Shown: positions 9,251 to 18,603 of the stretch, in pieces
Layout: every line of letters starts with the position of its first letter
Position numbering within the stretch: the stretch's first letter is position 1
IMG/VR virus record: IMGVR_UViG_3300020601_000007
Span: 32,001-96,000 of that record
Length of the DNA: 64,000 nt
Direction: 5' to 3' (one strand)
DNA from: a virus
Notes under the pieces: model-generated
Databases searched by the model: none
What the model saw: only the letters and a program-made list of their open reading frames with translations
What the model was told of the DNA's origin: nothing
Made by a program: the position numbers and the translations under genes

Positions 9251-10101
9251 GGTGTCACCTCGTCAGCGATGCGCACAACGCTCCCGTCGTGGTTGTATTC
9301 GATTGCGCGATGGTGAGCGAGCCACAGAAGGGGGTAATAATGGCCCTCGAAATATTCAGAACGATGAGCGTGTCCTGCCCATGCGTCCGTTGAGACGCCG
9401 AAGAACGGTGCGATGTATTCACGGATTTCTTTGGAGGTGATGACATGTCCTTTCTCAAAGCGTTGCAGCCAAACCCACATGATGCGAGCGTAGCGTTTGT
9501 TGACGCGATGAACCTGCTCTTTGACCTCGCCCGTTTCCCTGTTCTTTCGGAACACGGTGAGGTAAATGTCTCCCTCTTTGTTGTCAATGCGGGTGTATCG
9601 TTCCTTCTTTTCTGTCTGCAAAAGCAAACGGGCGCCTTCGATACCTTCGGAGATGGGAAGCACTGTCTGCCCGGGTAGCAGTTCGATTTCTTCGGGCACA
9701 TCCTCCATCATGTCTTGCGTTGCCTGTGCGACTTCTTTTGCAGTGCAGCCAGCGACACATTTGAAGCCGACCAAAGCGACTTGGAGGTTGTTTTGCTTGT
9801 TGTCCTTCCCCTTGGCAGCACACGAAGGGCACTGAGCGGAATACCAACCATCACCACCAGAGCGGGTGAGGTTCACCAAATGCTCTCGTGCCTCCCACAC
9901 GCTGTTCTCACCGCGTGCGTCAAGGAAAGGCAGTGGTTTGCCTGAATTGTGGGCTTCGACCAGTGCCTCGAGTCGTGCAAGTTCAGCCTCGCTTGAAAAC
10001 AGGACGAAGCCATTGGACACCCGCTGGTGTTTCAGTTTGTAGTCGGCCCGGGGAACATCCCCTGCCATCTCCAAGTAAGTCATCACTGGAACGCTGAACA
10101 T
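9247..10101 (-). CDS. Protein with a primase-type Zn-binding domain and an uncharacterised C-terminal domain
   Basis: WYSAQCPSC..KGKD...NLQV...FKCVAGCTAKEV resembles primase Zn-binding domains; no catalytic primase motifs seen. Confidence 0.6.
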   Translation of the reverse strand: MFSVPVMTYLEMAGDVPRADYKLKHQRVSNGFVLFSSEAELARLEALVEAHNSGKPLPFLDARGENSVWEAREHLVNLTRSGGDGWYSAQCPSCAAKGKDNKQNNLQVALVGFKCVAGCTAKEVAQATQDMMEDVPEEIELLPGQTVLPISEGIEGARLLLQTEKKERYTRIDNKEGDIYLTVFRKNRETGEVKEQVHRVNKRYARIMWVWLQRFEKGHVITSKEIREYIAPFFGVSTDAWAGHAHRSEYFEGHYYPLLWLAHHRAIEYNHDGSVVRIADEVTP

Positions 10102-10139
10102 AGGCGGCTCTCATCGCCTCAAGCACATAAACCTTCAGG

Positions 10140-10685
10140 TCAGACTTGCGTATCCTCATCATCGGGAACGGTGTCCTGCGAGCCCTTGCCGACTTTGGGA
10201 ACAGCCGAGACGACTGTTTTCAGGGTCTTGTCAACAGCACCCATGGCGGAACCAGCAACGTATCGTGCAGGGTTGATTTTCTCGTCTGCATCCTTGTCTC
10301 GGAGGGCAGATGGGACACCTTGGTTGGTCATGTGGTGAAGCATGAGCCATGCTTGCGCATCGGTCAGTTCTTCACCGTGGCCTTCACGGACCCAGTGCTT
10401 GATGGTCTTCAGAACTGCACGGTATCCGTGCTCAGCGAATTGCTTGTTCATCGTGTCAATCCAGTCTTCTTGCAGAATGACGATGTTCTTGAACGTCTTT
10501 GCCAGAATACCGACTTCTTTTCCTTCGTAATCGTAGCGGACCTCTTTGCCCATGAAGTGGGCTGGAACGCAGCGGCCATATAACTTACCGAAGAATCGCA
10601 CGAAAAATGTCGAAATCATAGAGCGGTCGGATTTCACTTTGCGGTTCAGTTTCATTACCACACTGATTGCCTCGTGATTTTGCAT
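10140..10685 (-). CDS. Hypothetical protein (start uncertain)
   Basis: 181-aa ORF in the minus-strand operon. Confidence 0.6.
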   Translation of the reverse strand: MQNHEAISVVMKLNRKVKSDRSMISTFFVRFFGKLYGRCVPAHFMGKEVRYDYEGKEVGILAKTFKNIVILQEDWIDTMNKQFAEHGYRAVLKTIKHWVREGHGEELTDAQAWLMLHHMTNQGVPSALRDKDADEKINPARYVAGSAMGAVDKTLKTVVSAVPKVGKGSQDTVPDDEDTQV

Positions 10686-10832
10686 CAGTGTCTTTCAGTG
10701 CAGCGTTTGTGTGGAGATTCACCCCCAGCCAGTCATAAAGAACCCAAAAATCGTCATCCCGTTTTTTGTTCTCAAAACACTCATAACGTCCGTTCTGCAT
10801 GCTCATTTTGCGATGTTTTTTTTGAAGAGCCA

Positions 10833-11168
10833 TCAAATCACCTTGCAGCGCAGAGTCTCCTGCCCGCACTTTGGACACTGCGTAGGCGTATGAAGTTCTT
10901 TGGGCTCCCCGAGCCCTGTCATTTGGTTGCGGTAGTCGCAGGGACCGGTGCAGATGAACAGAAATGTCCGTGCCTTTCCGAGGAGCACCTCGCCAAAGCG
11001 CTCGAATTGTGCACACACCTTCAGCATCTCCGAATCGGTGATTTCCAGTTCAGCCACCTTGATTCCCTTTGCTTTCACGATGAAATTCCAGCCGTTTGCC
11101 ACCTGTCCGACATTGAAACTCATTCCGTTCTTCTCAAGAATTTTCTCGCTCACAACAATGCCTCCCAT
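10833..11168 (-). CDS. Hypothetical Zn-ribbon protein
   Basis: C-terminal CTGPC...CPKCG. Confidence 0.6.
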   Translation of the reverse strand: MGGIVVSEKILEKNGMSFNVGQVANGWNFIVKAKGIKVAELEITDSEMLKVCAQFERFGEVLLGKARTFLFICTGPCDYRNQMTGLGEPKELHTPTQCPKCGQETLRCKVI

Positions 11169-12007
11169 TCGTATTCGTGATTTTCTCCATCCTCAGTCTG
11201 ATATTTTCCTTTGTAGAATTCTTCCTTTTGGATGATGCCTCGGATTGTTGGGCCGGTCCAAACCTTCCCCTCCTGACGGGTGGGAACGTTCCTTTCATCC
11301 AGCGCCTTTGCCACCTCAGAATAGGTCATCCCTGAGCGATGGAGAGCGAATATTTCTTTCAAAATGGGAACCTCTGAAGGCTCTGGAACCAGCATTCCCT
11401 TGTCCTCACTTTCCTCCGTCTTAGCGAAGAGCGATGCATAGCCGTATGGTGGACGGCCAGTGTGTTTCCCAGCGTTCTTTTTGCCTCGCAGTCCTGCTTT
11501 CGTGCGTGCCTTGATGAGGTCCACCTCCATGGCCGCAAAGGCTGTCATGATGCGGAAAATAAGCATCCCAACCGGGGTCGTAGTGTCAACTTGAATGTCA
11601 AGAAAAGCGAAGTCTCGGTCAGCCGTTCGCAGCGTATCCGCCCACTCACCAGCGTTCCTGACGTTGCGGTGGAGGCGGTCCATTTTGGCCCCGACAACCA
11701 CATCCCATTCATTCATTTCCTCCATCATCTGCTGATAGGCTGGCCGTGAAACGTTCGTTCCTGAGAAACCCTCATCCCGATACACCTTGACGACCTCCCA
11801 GCCTTGCATGGCGCAATAGGCACGGCACTCTCGCACCTGCTGGTCGATGGAGGTCTCCGATTGAAGGTCGGTTGATACCCGTCCGTAAATGACGGCTCGA
11901 ATCGGTTCCTCAGATGTTTCAGAACCCCCCCTTGTCAGAAGGGGGGCAAATGACAGGATTCCAACAGGGATGGTATAAGCAAGTGAATGAATCAGGTATG
12001 CAATCAT
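11150..12007 (-). CDS. Serine recombinase (resolvase catalytic domain plus recombinase DNA-binding domain)
   Basis: AVIYGRVST..Q, YRDEGFSG...RPAY, KMDRLHRN, GRPPYGY, C-terminal HTH; start uncertain, hydrophobic N-terminal extension. Confidence 0.9.
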   Translation of the reverse strand: MIAYLIHSLAYTIPVGILSFAPLLTRGGSETSEEPIRAVIYGRVSTDLQSETSIDQQVRECRAYCAMQGWEVVKVYRDEGFSGTNVSRPAYQQMMEEMNEWDVVVGAKMDRLHRNVRNAGEWADTLRTADRDFAFLDIQVDTTTPVGMLIFRIMTAFAAMEVDLIKARTKAGLRGKKNAGKHTGRPPYGYASLFAKTEESEDKGMLVPEPSEVPILKEIFALHRSGMTYSEVAKALDERNVPTRQEGKVWTGPTIRGIIQKEEFYKGKYQTEDGENHEYEWEALL

Positions 12008-12061
12008 CGGTTTGCCCTCATAATCAGGGGGTAAAGCGGTGGAAATAAAGGTTGGTGCCAT

Positions 12062-12327
12062 GTAATGTGGGCACTTTACATCTGGCCATGAACCCTTTCC
12101 TTTACCATTTCACCCTTTACATCTCCACTTTTTGCTGTTTTTTGCCCCTTTAGGGGGGGTATGAAGGGGTAAAATCAGGATTCTTGAAAAAATCTGCTGA
12201 ATTCTGGCCAAAAAGAGGGATTTCGGGGGTTCGACACCCGAACTCCCCCTATTTCCCTTGAAGGGTGGGTTTGCACAAGGGGCCTTTCTGCAAAAGGTTA
12301 TAGGCCTTTGAGCCTGAGACAAAATTC
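12062..12327. promoter_or_regulatory. Divergent intergenic region with inverted repeats and TATA-like boxes; candidate origin or recombination site
   Basis: Gene strand switch; TTTTGCCCCTT...AAGGGGTAAAA imperfect inverted repeat at about 12140-12174; AAAAGGTTATA about 30 nt upstream of ATG 12328. Confidence 0.5.
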
Positions 12328-12573
12328 ATGGCTCGACACAAGAGGACGCTTCGGTTCATTCACCGCATCCTCGAGGAAAGCGATAGGCCCCTGACGGCAG
12401 ACGCCATCCGAGACCTCATGGCATTGATGCAACATGGTTACAAAGGAACAGCATCCAGCACCCCCTCTACGAGGGTCATCGCTCAATTGCTCTGTCGGAA
12501 GCAATTCGAGAAAGTCGACACCCTGCCTTGTCGGACAGGGCTATATACGCTCGCCACGGAGGAATCATCATGA
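12328..12573 (+). CDS. Winged-helix DNA-binding protein
   Basis: RILEESDRPLTADAIRD...STRVIAQLL...FEKV...GLYTL wHTH-like pattern. Confidence 0.6.
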   Translation: MARHKRTLRFIHRILEESDRPLTADAIRDLMALMQHGYKGTASSTPSTRVIAQLLCRKQFEKVDTLPCRTGLYTLATEESS

Positions 12574-12737
12574 ACGAAGTGAGCGTTTTCATTGGCGTCC
12601 TTGCGGCTGTCCTGACATATTTTTTCGCTCCGTTTTTGTTCCGAAAGGAACCAACGGAACGCGTCGTTTATTCGAGGGGATACGTCCCAGCCCGCTGGAT
12701 GTGGGAAATCGAACTGATGGAAAAGGAGGAGGAATGA
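12570..12737 (+). CDS. Small membrane protein
   Basis: N-terminal hydrophobic helix; ATGA coupling. Confidence 0.55.
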   Translation: MNEVSVFIGVLAAVLTYFFAPFLFRKEPTERVVYSRGYVPARWMWEIELMEKEEE

Positions 12738-12961
12738 TGTATCACGAATCTGAAGAAGGAAAGCGAGTCAAAGAGTGGGAGAGTGAATTCAAGGAAAACC
12801 TTGACGCTTTTGACAGGCATGAGGAGGCCCACATGCAGTGCCCCACATGCTACGAATTGTTTCCAAATGCGGCGCCAGCGTTCATCTCACTGTTGCTCAG
12901 TGTTGAGTGCATCCCCTGTTGGACAGCAAGGAAATACCCCGGGAAGGTGGAAGACGAATGA
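12734..12961 (+). CDS. Small Zn-finger protein
   Basis: CPTC...CIPC; GGAGGA RBS. Confidence 0.6.
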   Translation: MMYHESEEGKRVKEWESEFKENLDAFDRHEEAHMQCPTCYELFPNAAPAFISLLLSVECIPCWTARKYPGKVEDE

Positions 12962-13287
12962 AATATTGGGTGAATTTTGACAAGGTGCTGAATGCGAAGG
13001 ACGCCCGAAAGCAGGGCCTCAATCCTGTTATTCGGTGGCACAGCCCCGGTATGAGACTGGGCAAGAGCGTGATTTTCAAGTCCGAATCCGGTTGGAAATA
13101 CCCTCTTTGTGAGGTCTGTGATGAACAGGATTGGCCGGGTGTTGACGGTATCGCCAACGGGTGCGGGCTGATTGAATACCCAAAACGTTCCATGAACTTT
13201 TGGTGCACGTTTTGTTTCATGAACAATCACGCAGAAAAGGTCGTTCATCGGATTTTAGGAACACCGGAAGAACGGGGGTGGGATTGA
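12958..13287 (+). CDS. Hypothetical Zn-finger protein
   Basis: CEVC...CTFC; ATGA coupling. Confidence 0.6.
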   Translation: MKYWVNFDKVLNAKDARKQGLNPVIRWHSPGMRLGKSVIFKSESGWKYPLCEVCDEQDWPGVDGIANGCGLIEYPKRSMNFWCTFCFMNNHAEKVVHRILGTPEERGWD

Positions 13288-13485
13288 ATGACCGAAGTGC
13301 TTGACGCCAAAATGAAGGACGAGTGTCACATCATGCTCCTTGTGCGCCGAGACAGCGGTGACGTGTGGGAAGACTACGGTTCCATCCTGCGCGTTGAGCG
13401 GGCCATTTTCGACGGTCTGCTCGACTGGGTTGGAGACAAAGAGCCACCTGAGTGGTGGGAGGGAAAGAAGCATGGGATTGCATGA
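13288..13485 (+). CDS. Hypothetical protein
   Basis: Abuts both neighbours in the operon. Confidence 0.55.
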   Translation: MTEVLDAKMKDECHIMLLVRRDSGDVWEDYGSILRVERAIFDGLLDWVGDKEPPEWWEGKKHGIA

Positions 13486-14014
13486 AAATTTCGGAAGCGG
13501 GAACGCAGATGCGAACCCTGAACTCAAGCCAAACGATGTCATCATGACACCACGACATATCGCCAAGCAGATGATTGACTTCTACGAAATCAAGGACTGT
13601 GAGAGGGTGCTTGACCCCTGCGCAGGCGACGGAGCGTTCTTCGACCAATACCCCAAGGAGGCCATCAAATACCGTATGGAAATCAGTGAGGGTTTGGACT
13701 TCTTCGATTGGGATGTCAATCGCAGCCCGCATATTGACTGGATTATCACCAATCCGCCATACAGCATTTTCCCGCAGTTCCTTGAGCACTGCTTCAAAGT
13801 CGCAGACAACGTGTGTTTGCTGATTCCCTTGGCCAAATTGGTGTCAAGCCTGAAGCGAATCAACATGGTGATGGACTACGGCGGCATTGTTTCCATGCGT
13901 GTCATCGGTGCCAGCCGCTGTGGATTCCCATTTGGTTTCCCTGCTGCCGCTATCCACATGAAGCGAGGATACACAGGGGAGACACTGATTGAGATGTGGG
14001 AGGACAGCCAATGA
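13472..14014 (+). CDS. Orphan DNA N6-adenine methyltransferase
   Basis: MTPRHIAK, VLDPCAGDGAF (motif I), IITNPPYS (motif IV). Confidence 0.9.
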   Translation: MGLHENFGSGNADANPELKPNDVIMTPRHIAKQMIDFYEIKDCERVLDPCAGDGAFFDQYPKEAIKYRMEISEGLDFFDWDVNRSPHIDWIITNPPYSIFPQFLEHCFKVADNVCLLIPLAKLVSSLKRINMVMDYGGIVSMRVIGASRCGFPFGFPAAAIHMKRGYTGETLIEMWEDSQ

Positions 14015-14256
14015 CCTTCCCGAGGAAGCAACAGCGAGAGTGTGCCAACCTTCACTGCCGACGGCTGATTTCCAACCACTACAAGAATTGCGTGAGGTGC
14101 GGAACATGCGCACGCTTGGAGAGGGAGGCGAATGAATGATTGTCAAGCGCTGGTGCCGCCGTTGCGGTCAACAGAAGCCCCTCAAGGATTTCGATGAGGC
14201 AGGAGACCACCTCCGCCGATATTGCAGCGAGAGATGCGTCTCAGGAATCAAGTGAG

Positions 14257-14330
14257 CGCCCCTGCCCGGATTTGAACCGGGGTTATCGGCTCCGCAAGCC
14301 GATGTGATGTCCAAACTACACTACAAGGGC
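14257..14330 (-). tRNA. tRNA-Arg(GCG), intron-less, CCA not encoded
   Basis: Acceptor stem GCCCTTG/CAGGGGC, anticodon arm TCGGC-TTGCGGA-GCCGA, T arm CCCGG-TTCAAAT-CCGGG; upstream CCTTTATG box. Confidence 0.93.
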
Positions 14331-14365
14331 AACGGACGTTGCTCATACGGCTCGGCCATAAAGGT

Positions 14366-14584
14366 TCACTTGTGAAAATTGCAGCGCCCACCAAAACGGA
14401 CACGACCGACCTGACGACACGGTTTCCCCTGAGAATTGATAGCGCCACAGCGGTATCGTTCAGGTGGGTTCCGATGGCAATTGTAGCACAGGAGAGGCTC
14501 TTCCTTGTCCTTCCTCTTGTTCACGGAGGACGCTGACACACCCTCACCACAAGCCACACAATGGTTCGCATGAATACGGTGCAT
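14366..14584 (-). CDS. Double Zn-finger protein (C4 plus C3H)
   Basis: CVAC...CYNC...RCGAINSQGKPC...CNFH. Confidence 0.7.
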   Translation of the reverse strand: MHRIHANHCVACGEGVSASSVNKRKDKEEPLLCYNCHRNPPERYRCGAINSQGKPCRQVGRVRFGGRCNFHK

Positions 14585-14820
14585 GCAACCTTCGCTTGAA
14601 GCAACGGACTTAACCTTCACGGGTGGTTCGGACAGAACGTATATATGCGAGATACCTGCGAGCGCATACACATGAACCAAGAGTGGGCATACGGGGTCCT
14701 GATAATTGGCCTTTGCATGGCTTGGATGTGGTGGTTGAGCACGAAACTCGAACCTCATAGTGAGCATCCTATTACCCCCGAACCGTGGTCAATTCACCCG
14801 AAAAAGGAGCGTGAAGAAGA

Positions 14821-14979
14821 ATGATGGGGATGAAATTTCGGATTGAATGCTACAATCAGGGGCTTGATGACTGGATTCTGTATGCTTTTGCCAAGACCGA
14901 AAATGACGCCCGCCAGAAAATGTCGATGGCCATTTTGAAAACACAACACACGGCTGTCCGTATGACGGAGGTGGCCTGA
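14821..14979 (+). CDS. Small hypothetical protein (not in the ORF track)
   Basis: MMGMKFRIECYNQGLDDW...; ends immediately before ATG 14980. Confidence 0.5.
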   Translation: MMGMKFRIECYNQGLDDWILYAFAKTENDARQKMSMAILKTQHTAVRMTEVA

Positions 14980-15207
14980 ATGCCCTCCATACCATGTGGT
15001 TCCTGCGGTAAATACATCACAGTGAAGCCTCGCAGTGTGCTTGAACATCGCCCTAACCTATGCAGTGCCTGCTACCGCCCTCAACTTGAGTCCGGGCATT
15101 TCCGGTGCAAGGCAACAAATCGGCACGGAAAGCGCTGTTCACTTCCGACCAAGCCCGGGCACGAGACATGCACGGTCCACCTTGGAGCGATGGAGGTGAG
15201 GGTTTGA
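14980..15207 (+). CDS. Double Zn-finger protein (C4 plus C3H), paralog of 14366..14584
   Basis: CGSC...CSAC...RCKATNRHGKRC...CTVH; GGAGG RBS. Confidence 0.7.
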   Translation: MPSIPCGSCGKYITVKPRSVLEHRPNLCSACYRPQLESGHFRCKATNRHGKRCSLPTKPGHETCTVHLGAMEVRV

Positions 15208-15416
15208 CATATATCGAACCACCAAAGAAGCATTCTCACCACCCCTGCTGGTATTGTGGTGGACGAGTCATTTGGTCGTGCGACTACGACCCAGAAGGTC
15301 TGGGCTACGATGAAGGAACAGAAGGGATTGTTTCGCACCTGCACTGCATGGACTGTAATGCGTTCATCGAATACCGACGAATTCAAGGGGAGCAATACGA
15401 CGAGGATGATGCCTGA
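15204..15416 (+). CDS. Small Zn-ribbon protein
   Basis: CWYCGG...LHCMDCNA; TTG start after GGAGGTGA. Confidence 0.6.
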   Translation: MTYIEPPKKHSHHPCWYCGGRVIWSCDYDPEGLGYDEGTEGIVSHLHCMDCNAFIEYRRIQGEQYDEDDA

Positions 15417-15637
15417 TGCCACTTTCCCGTAAGAGCGAGTTCTTTTGTGGCCGTATTCTTGCTGTTCTTGAGCACCATCGGGGTCAGTGGATGACCTCAA
15501 AACAGGTTGCTGAAAGTCTTCCCGATGAAACAGTGTATGCTTGGAACAGCAGCACGGTAGCCATGCTGCTTGGCATCATGGGCAGGAAAGGGCAGATTGA
15601 GGTCCAAACGACGTCACCAAAAAAATACAGGGTGTAA
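15416..15637 (+). CDS. Winged-helix protein
   Basis: ILAVL...WMTSKQVAE...VAMLL...GQIEV...KKYRV. Confidence 0.6.
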   Translation: MPLSRKSEFFCGRILAVLEHHRGQWMTSKQVAESLPDETVYAWNSSTVAMLLGIMGRKGQIEVQTTSPKKYRV

Positions 15638-15639
15638 GC

Positions 15640-16242
15640 ATGGGCCTTTACGTCTTCAAATCAAGTCATGCAGACTACATCAAAGTGGGGTTCACCTCTT
15701 GGGATAACCCGTGGTATCGTGTGAACGGCTCCGCTGGCGTTCCTTTGGGTTTCAGCAGCGTCCGACACCCCGAGAGCCTCAAGGGGCGCGTTGGTCCGAG
15801 CGACCTCGAACTGTTAGGTTGGTGGCCTGAATGCACGCATGAGCAGGAGAATGCGATACACACACTGTTGCGGCGCATCAGCGTTGTCGGCGAATGGTAT
15901 GCGCTGGAGGAACTACCGCTCTTCTTTTCGTTAATGAAGGCCTCCTGTGGCTCCTCAAAGCATGAGTCGGTGAGGACGCCCGAGAAGCCCCTCAAGTCCG
16001 AGGAAGTGGCCCCTGAGCCCCCAAAGAACCCAACGCCAAGGAGTGGGCAAAGGTGGAGCCCAGAAGAGGACCAGAAACTGCGGAGCCGTGTTGGGCAGCA
16101 GTGGAAAGAAGTGAGCCCTGTTGATTTTGTCAAGCAGAATCATGAGTGGTTTGGCCGCTCAAAAACCGCACTGATGGCTCGGCTCAAAAAACTCGGAAAG
16201 GTCGTGTGGGAAGAAAATAAGGCCAATTGGAAGGTGTCATAA
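15640..16242 (+). CDS. GIY-YIG (T5orf172-like) nuclease fused to a Myb-like HTH
   Basis: LYVF...YIKVGFT...R...ENAIH...GEWY; C-terminal RSGQRWSPEEDQKL...GRSKTALMARL. Confidence 0.75.
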   Translation: MGLYVFKSSHADYIKVGFTSWDNPWYRVNGSAGVPLGFSSVRHPESLKGRVGPSDLELLGWWPECTHEQENAIHTLLRRISVVGEWYALEELPLFFSLMKASCGSSKHESVRTPEKPLKSEEVAPEPPKNPTPRSGQRWSPEEDQKLRSRVGQQWKEVSPVDFVKQNHEWFGRSKTALMARLKKLGKVVWEENKANWKVS

Positions 16243-16247
16243 CCTTC

Positions 16248-16601
16248 ATGTCCAATGGGGTGCTTGCATTGACCATGGAGGAGGATTGGGATGATGAGAC
16301 TCCCGCTTGGACGGTATCCGAAGAACCCGAATACAACCCAGTCCAAGCCCTCAAGGATTTAACACCCCTTGCTGAGTTCCTGATGTCCAGTGCGAGTTCA
16401 CTTTCCTTCAAGGGCGTGCGCACGGGCGTGGAATTCGATGGGGAGTTCCTCTTCGAGACCATTGAATTGAAAGACTTCAAACAGGCTTACATCAAAATGT
16501 GTTACCACAAAGGAGACCTCGTTTCTGTCGCCGTTTGCCACAAGGACTACGATGCCCCACAAATCATTCTGCCAGCGCCGGATGTCTTCGTTGAAGGCTG
16601 A
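16248..16601 (+). CDS. Hypothetical protein
   Basis: ORF in operon; start uncertain. Confidence 0.55.
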   Translation: MSNGVLALTMEEDWDDETPAWTVSEEPEYNPVQALKDLTPLAEFLMSSASSLSFKGVRTGVEFDGEFLFETIELKDFKQAYIKMCYHKGDLVSVAVCHKDYDAPQIILPAPDVFVEG

Positions 16602-16865
16602 ACAAACGAAACCACAGGAATGGTTAAAGGGCGTATCCCCTTGGTTTGGAATCCCGGTGATACAATGGCAACAGGAGTCGAAGAATATCTGGCTGAAATG
16701 GGAATGACAAAGGCGATGCTTGAGGTCCTTGACCCAACGCTGAGCAACACACGACAGGTGTCGCTGAAGACATTTGGCATGGTTGAAGACCAGAAACAAA
16801 CCACACTCCTGAATCTCCCCGTGAAGACCGCTTGATTTAATTCCACGACGTGGAAAGAGCAACAC

Positions 16866-17078
16866 ATGGGACGAAAAAAGCGCGGTGACCTGAGAAGCAG
16901 GGAACTCTCCTTGCATCTGCGAATCCAAACCAAAAAGGACCTCATCAGCAGGCTTCTGGAACAGTTCGCTGACCTCAAAGAAAAAATTTCTGAGGAAAAG
17001 GCCGACCTGCGCTCAATGCTCGAGGAGCATCGGGACATACGAAACGAATTGAAAGAACAAGAGGGATACCAATGGTAA
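16866..17078 (+). CDS. Small coiled-coil protein
   Basis: Heptad-like charged sequence. Confidence 0.55.
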   Translation: MGRKKRGDLRSRELSLHLRIQTKKDLISRLLEQFADLKEKISEEKADLRSMLEEHRDIRNELKEQEGYQW

Positions 17079-17240
17079 ATACGAAAGTGACAGAAGGAGA
17101 AAGGGCAGATGCTGAATGGTGGCTCGGGTATTGGAAGAACGTTGCATCGTGGCTCGTTCATCAACTTGAGGACGAAGTGAAGCACGAAGGGTCAATCGCA
17201 GCGACCATCCCTATCATCAAGCGAGAACTGGCTGGTCAAT

Positions 17241-17510
17241 ATGGGAATCAGTGATGTTCTGAAGGATTTTGGAGACAGCGTTGTCTCCGGTGCAGCAGAA
17301 ACGATACGCACAGAAGGGAAGGACTTCACTGTCCGAGTCAACCTCGACATCCCTGTGGATGACAAGGCGATTATCGCCCTTGCATTCAGCCAAATCAAGG
17401 AGCAAGCAAAAGAGGCAGCGGAGAAAATAGACCGGCGCTGGAAAATCACACAGGCCATGTTCGGTGTGGCCATCGTCCTTCAGTTCGCAGCCACCATCCT
17501 AAACGTTTAA
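17241..17510 (+). CDS. Small protein with a C-terminal TM helix
   Basis: AMFGVAIVLQFAATIL. Confidence 0.6.
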   Translation: MGISDVLKDFGDSVVSGAAETIRTEGKDFTVRVNLDIPVDDKAIIALAFSQIKEQAKEAAEKIDRRWKITQAMFGVAIVLQFAATILNV

Positions 17511-17692
17511 GACCACGTTGCAGAAGGGACGGTTCATGAAATACGTGGTGATTGACAAAAGTGACATGGACGCCGTCAGGGTCCTTTTCATTGGGAACGA
17601 CAAGGCAGAAGTGCAAGGGTGGCTCGGTGGCTACAAGAAAATGACCGATGCTGCTGGACTTTGGAACGCAGGGGACATCGTGGTGGCTCCCT

Positions 17693-18598
17693 ATGACGAC
17701 GAATGAGAGCATTCGCTCAAACGGGAAGCGGTGGCAAAACAACCACATCTCACCGAGCAAACTGAATGTTTGGCTCAAGTGTCCTGCTGCCTTCTGGTTC
17801 CACTACATCAAGCGTCTACCCCGTAAGAACAAGGTGTTCTTCCCGCAGGGAACGGCTGTTCACTTTGGTGTTGAACTCCTCAATAAAGACCTCAACATGG
17901 GGAAGACCCCGGACTACGACTATTACGTCCTGAAAATGGAGGAGGTTTGGAATGAGGAAATCGAACGTGGAGGAGAACTCTTCGACTCAAAGGACAACGA
18001 AATCGCTCCCAGCCGATATTCCTACCACTTCAACGAGGTGGAGCGCTGGTTCAAAATTTATTTTGATGCTGCCGAGCGAGGCGCTGTCCCAGACTTTGAC
18101 CCCACCTCAGTCATTGAGACAGAACTGGACGTGATGCGCCGTGTCATCCACCCTGTCCATGGTGACCTCGGTGTGTTCATTCGTGGCAAAATTGACTGGG
18201 TCATCGACCTCGACAGCGACGTAGCGCGCCTTGCTGACCTGAAAACAGCCTCGACCCATTGGATGGGTCAGTGGAGCGAAACCAAGGCGAGTTCACAACT
18301 CCAAGCAACCGCATACGGCTACGCCGTGGGCAAGGACCTCGACTTTTCCTACATGGTCATCCCAAAGGCATCAGCAAAGGATGCACCCTCGACAAGGCTG
18401 GAGCACTACCGCACGAAGCGAGGTGCTACCCAATACGCAAAATTGGAAGACCTCATCTACAACTTCGTTCAGCAAACGGACGTTTTGAACAACTACGAAG
18501 GGTTTGTCCCGTATCCGAACCCTGACCCGAGCAAATACAAGCACTGCAACAAACTGTGCGACTACAAGGCCGCCTGTCAGAAGGAATTCTTTGAGTGA
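17693..18598 (+). CDS. PD-(D/E)XK nuclease, RecB/AddB/Cas4-like with an Fe-S staple
   Basis: HISPSKL..WLKCP, GTAVH, RGKIDW, ADLKT, QATAY, C-terminal HCNKLCDYKAAC. Confidence 0.9.
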   Translation: MTTNESIRSNGKRWQNNHISPSKLNVWLKCPAAFWFHYIKRLPRKNKVFFPQGTAVHFGVELLNKDLNMGKTPDYDYYVLKMEEVWNEEIERGGELFDSKDNEIAPSRYSYHFNEVERWFKIYFDAAERGAVPDFDPTSVIETELDVMRRVIHPVHGDLGVFIRGKIDWVIDLDSDVARLADLKTASTHWMGQWSETKASSQLQATAYGYAVGKDLDFSYMVIPKASAKDAPSTRLEHYRTKRGATQYAKLEDLIYNFVQQTDVLNNYEGFVPYPNPDPSKYKHCNKLCDYKAACQKEFFE

Positions 18599-18603
18599 TA
18601 TGA

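Noticed and set aside
11150-12061. IS607-like transposon
   Set aside because: No N-terminal MerR-type HTH, no adjacent tnpB, no element ends recognised
17693-18598. CRISPR-Cas locus (Cas4)
   Set aside because: No array or other cas genes; solo RecB/Cas4-like nucleases are common in archaeal viruses
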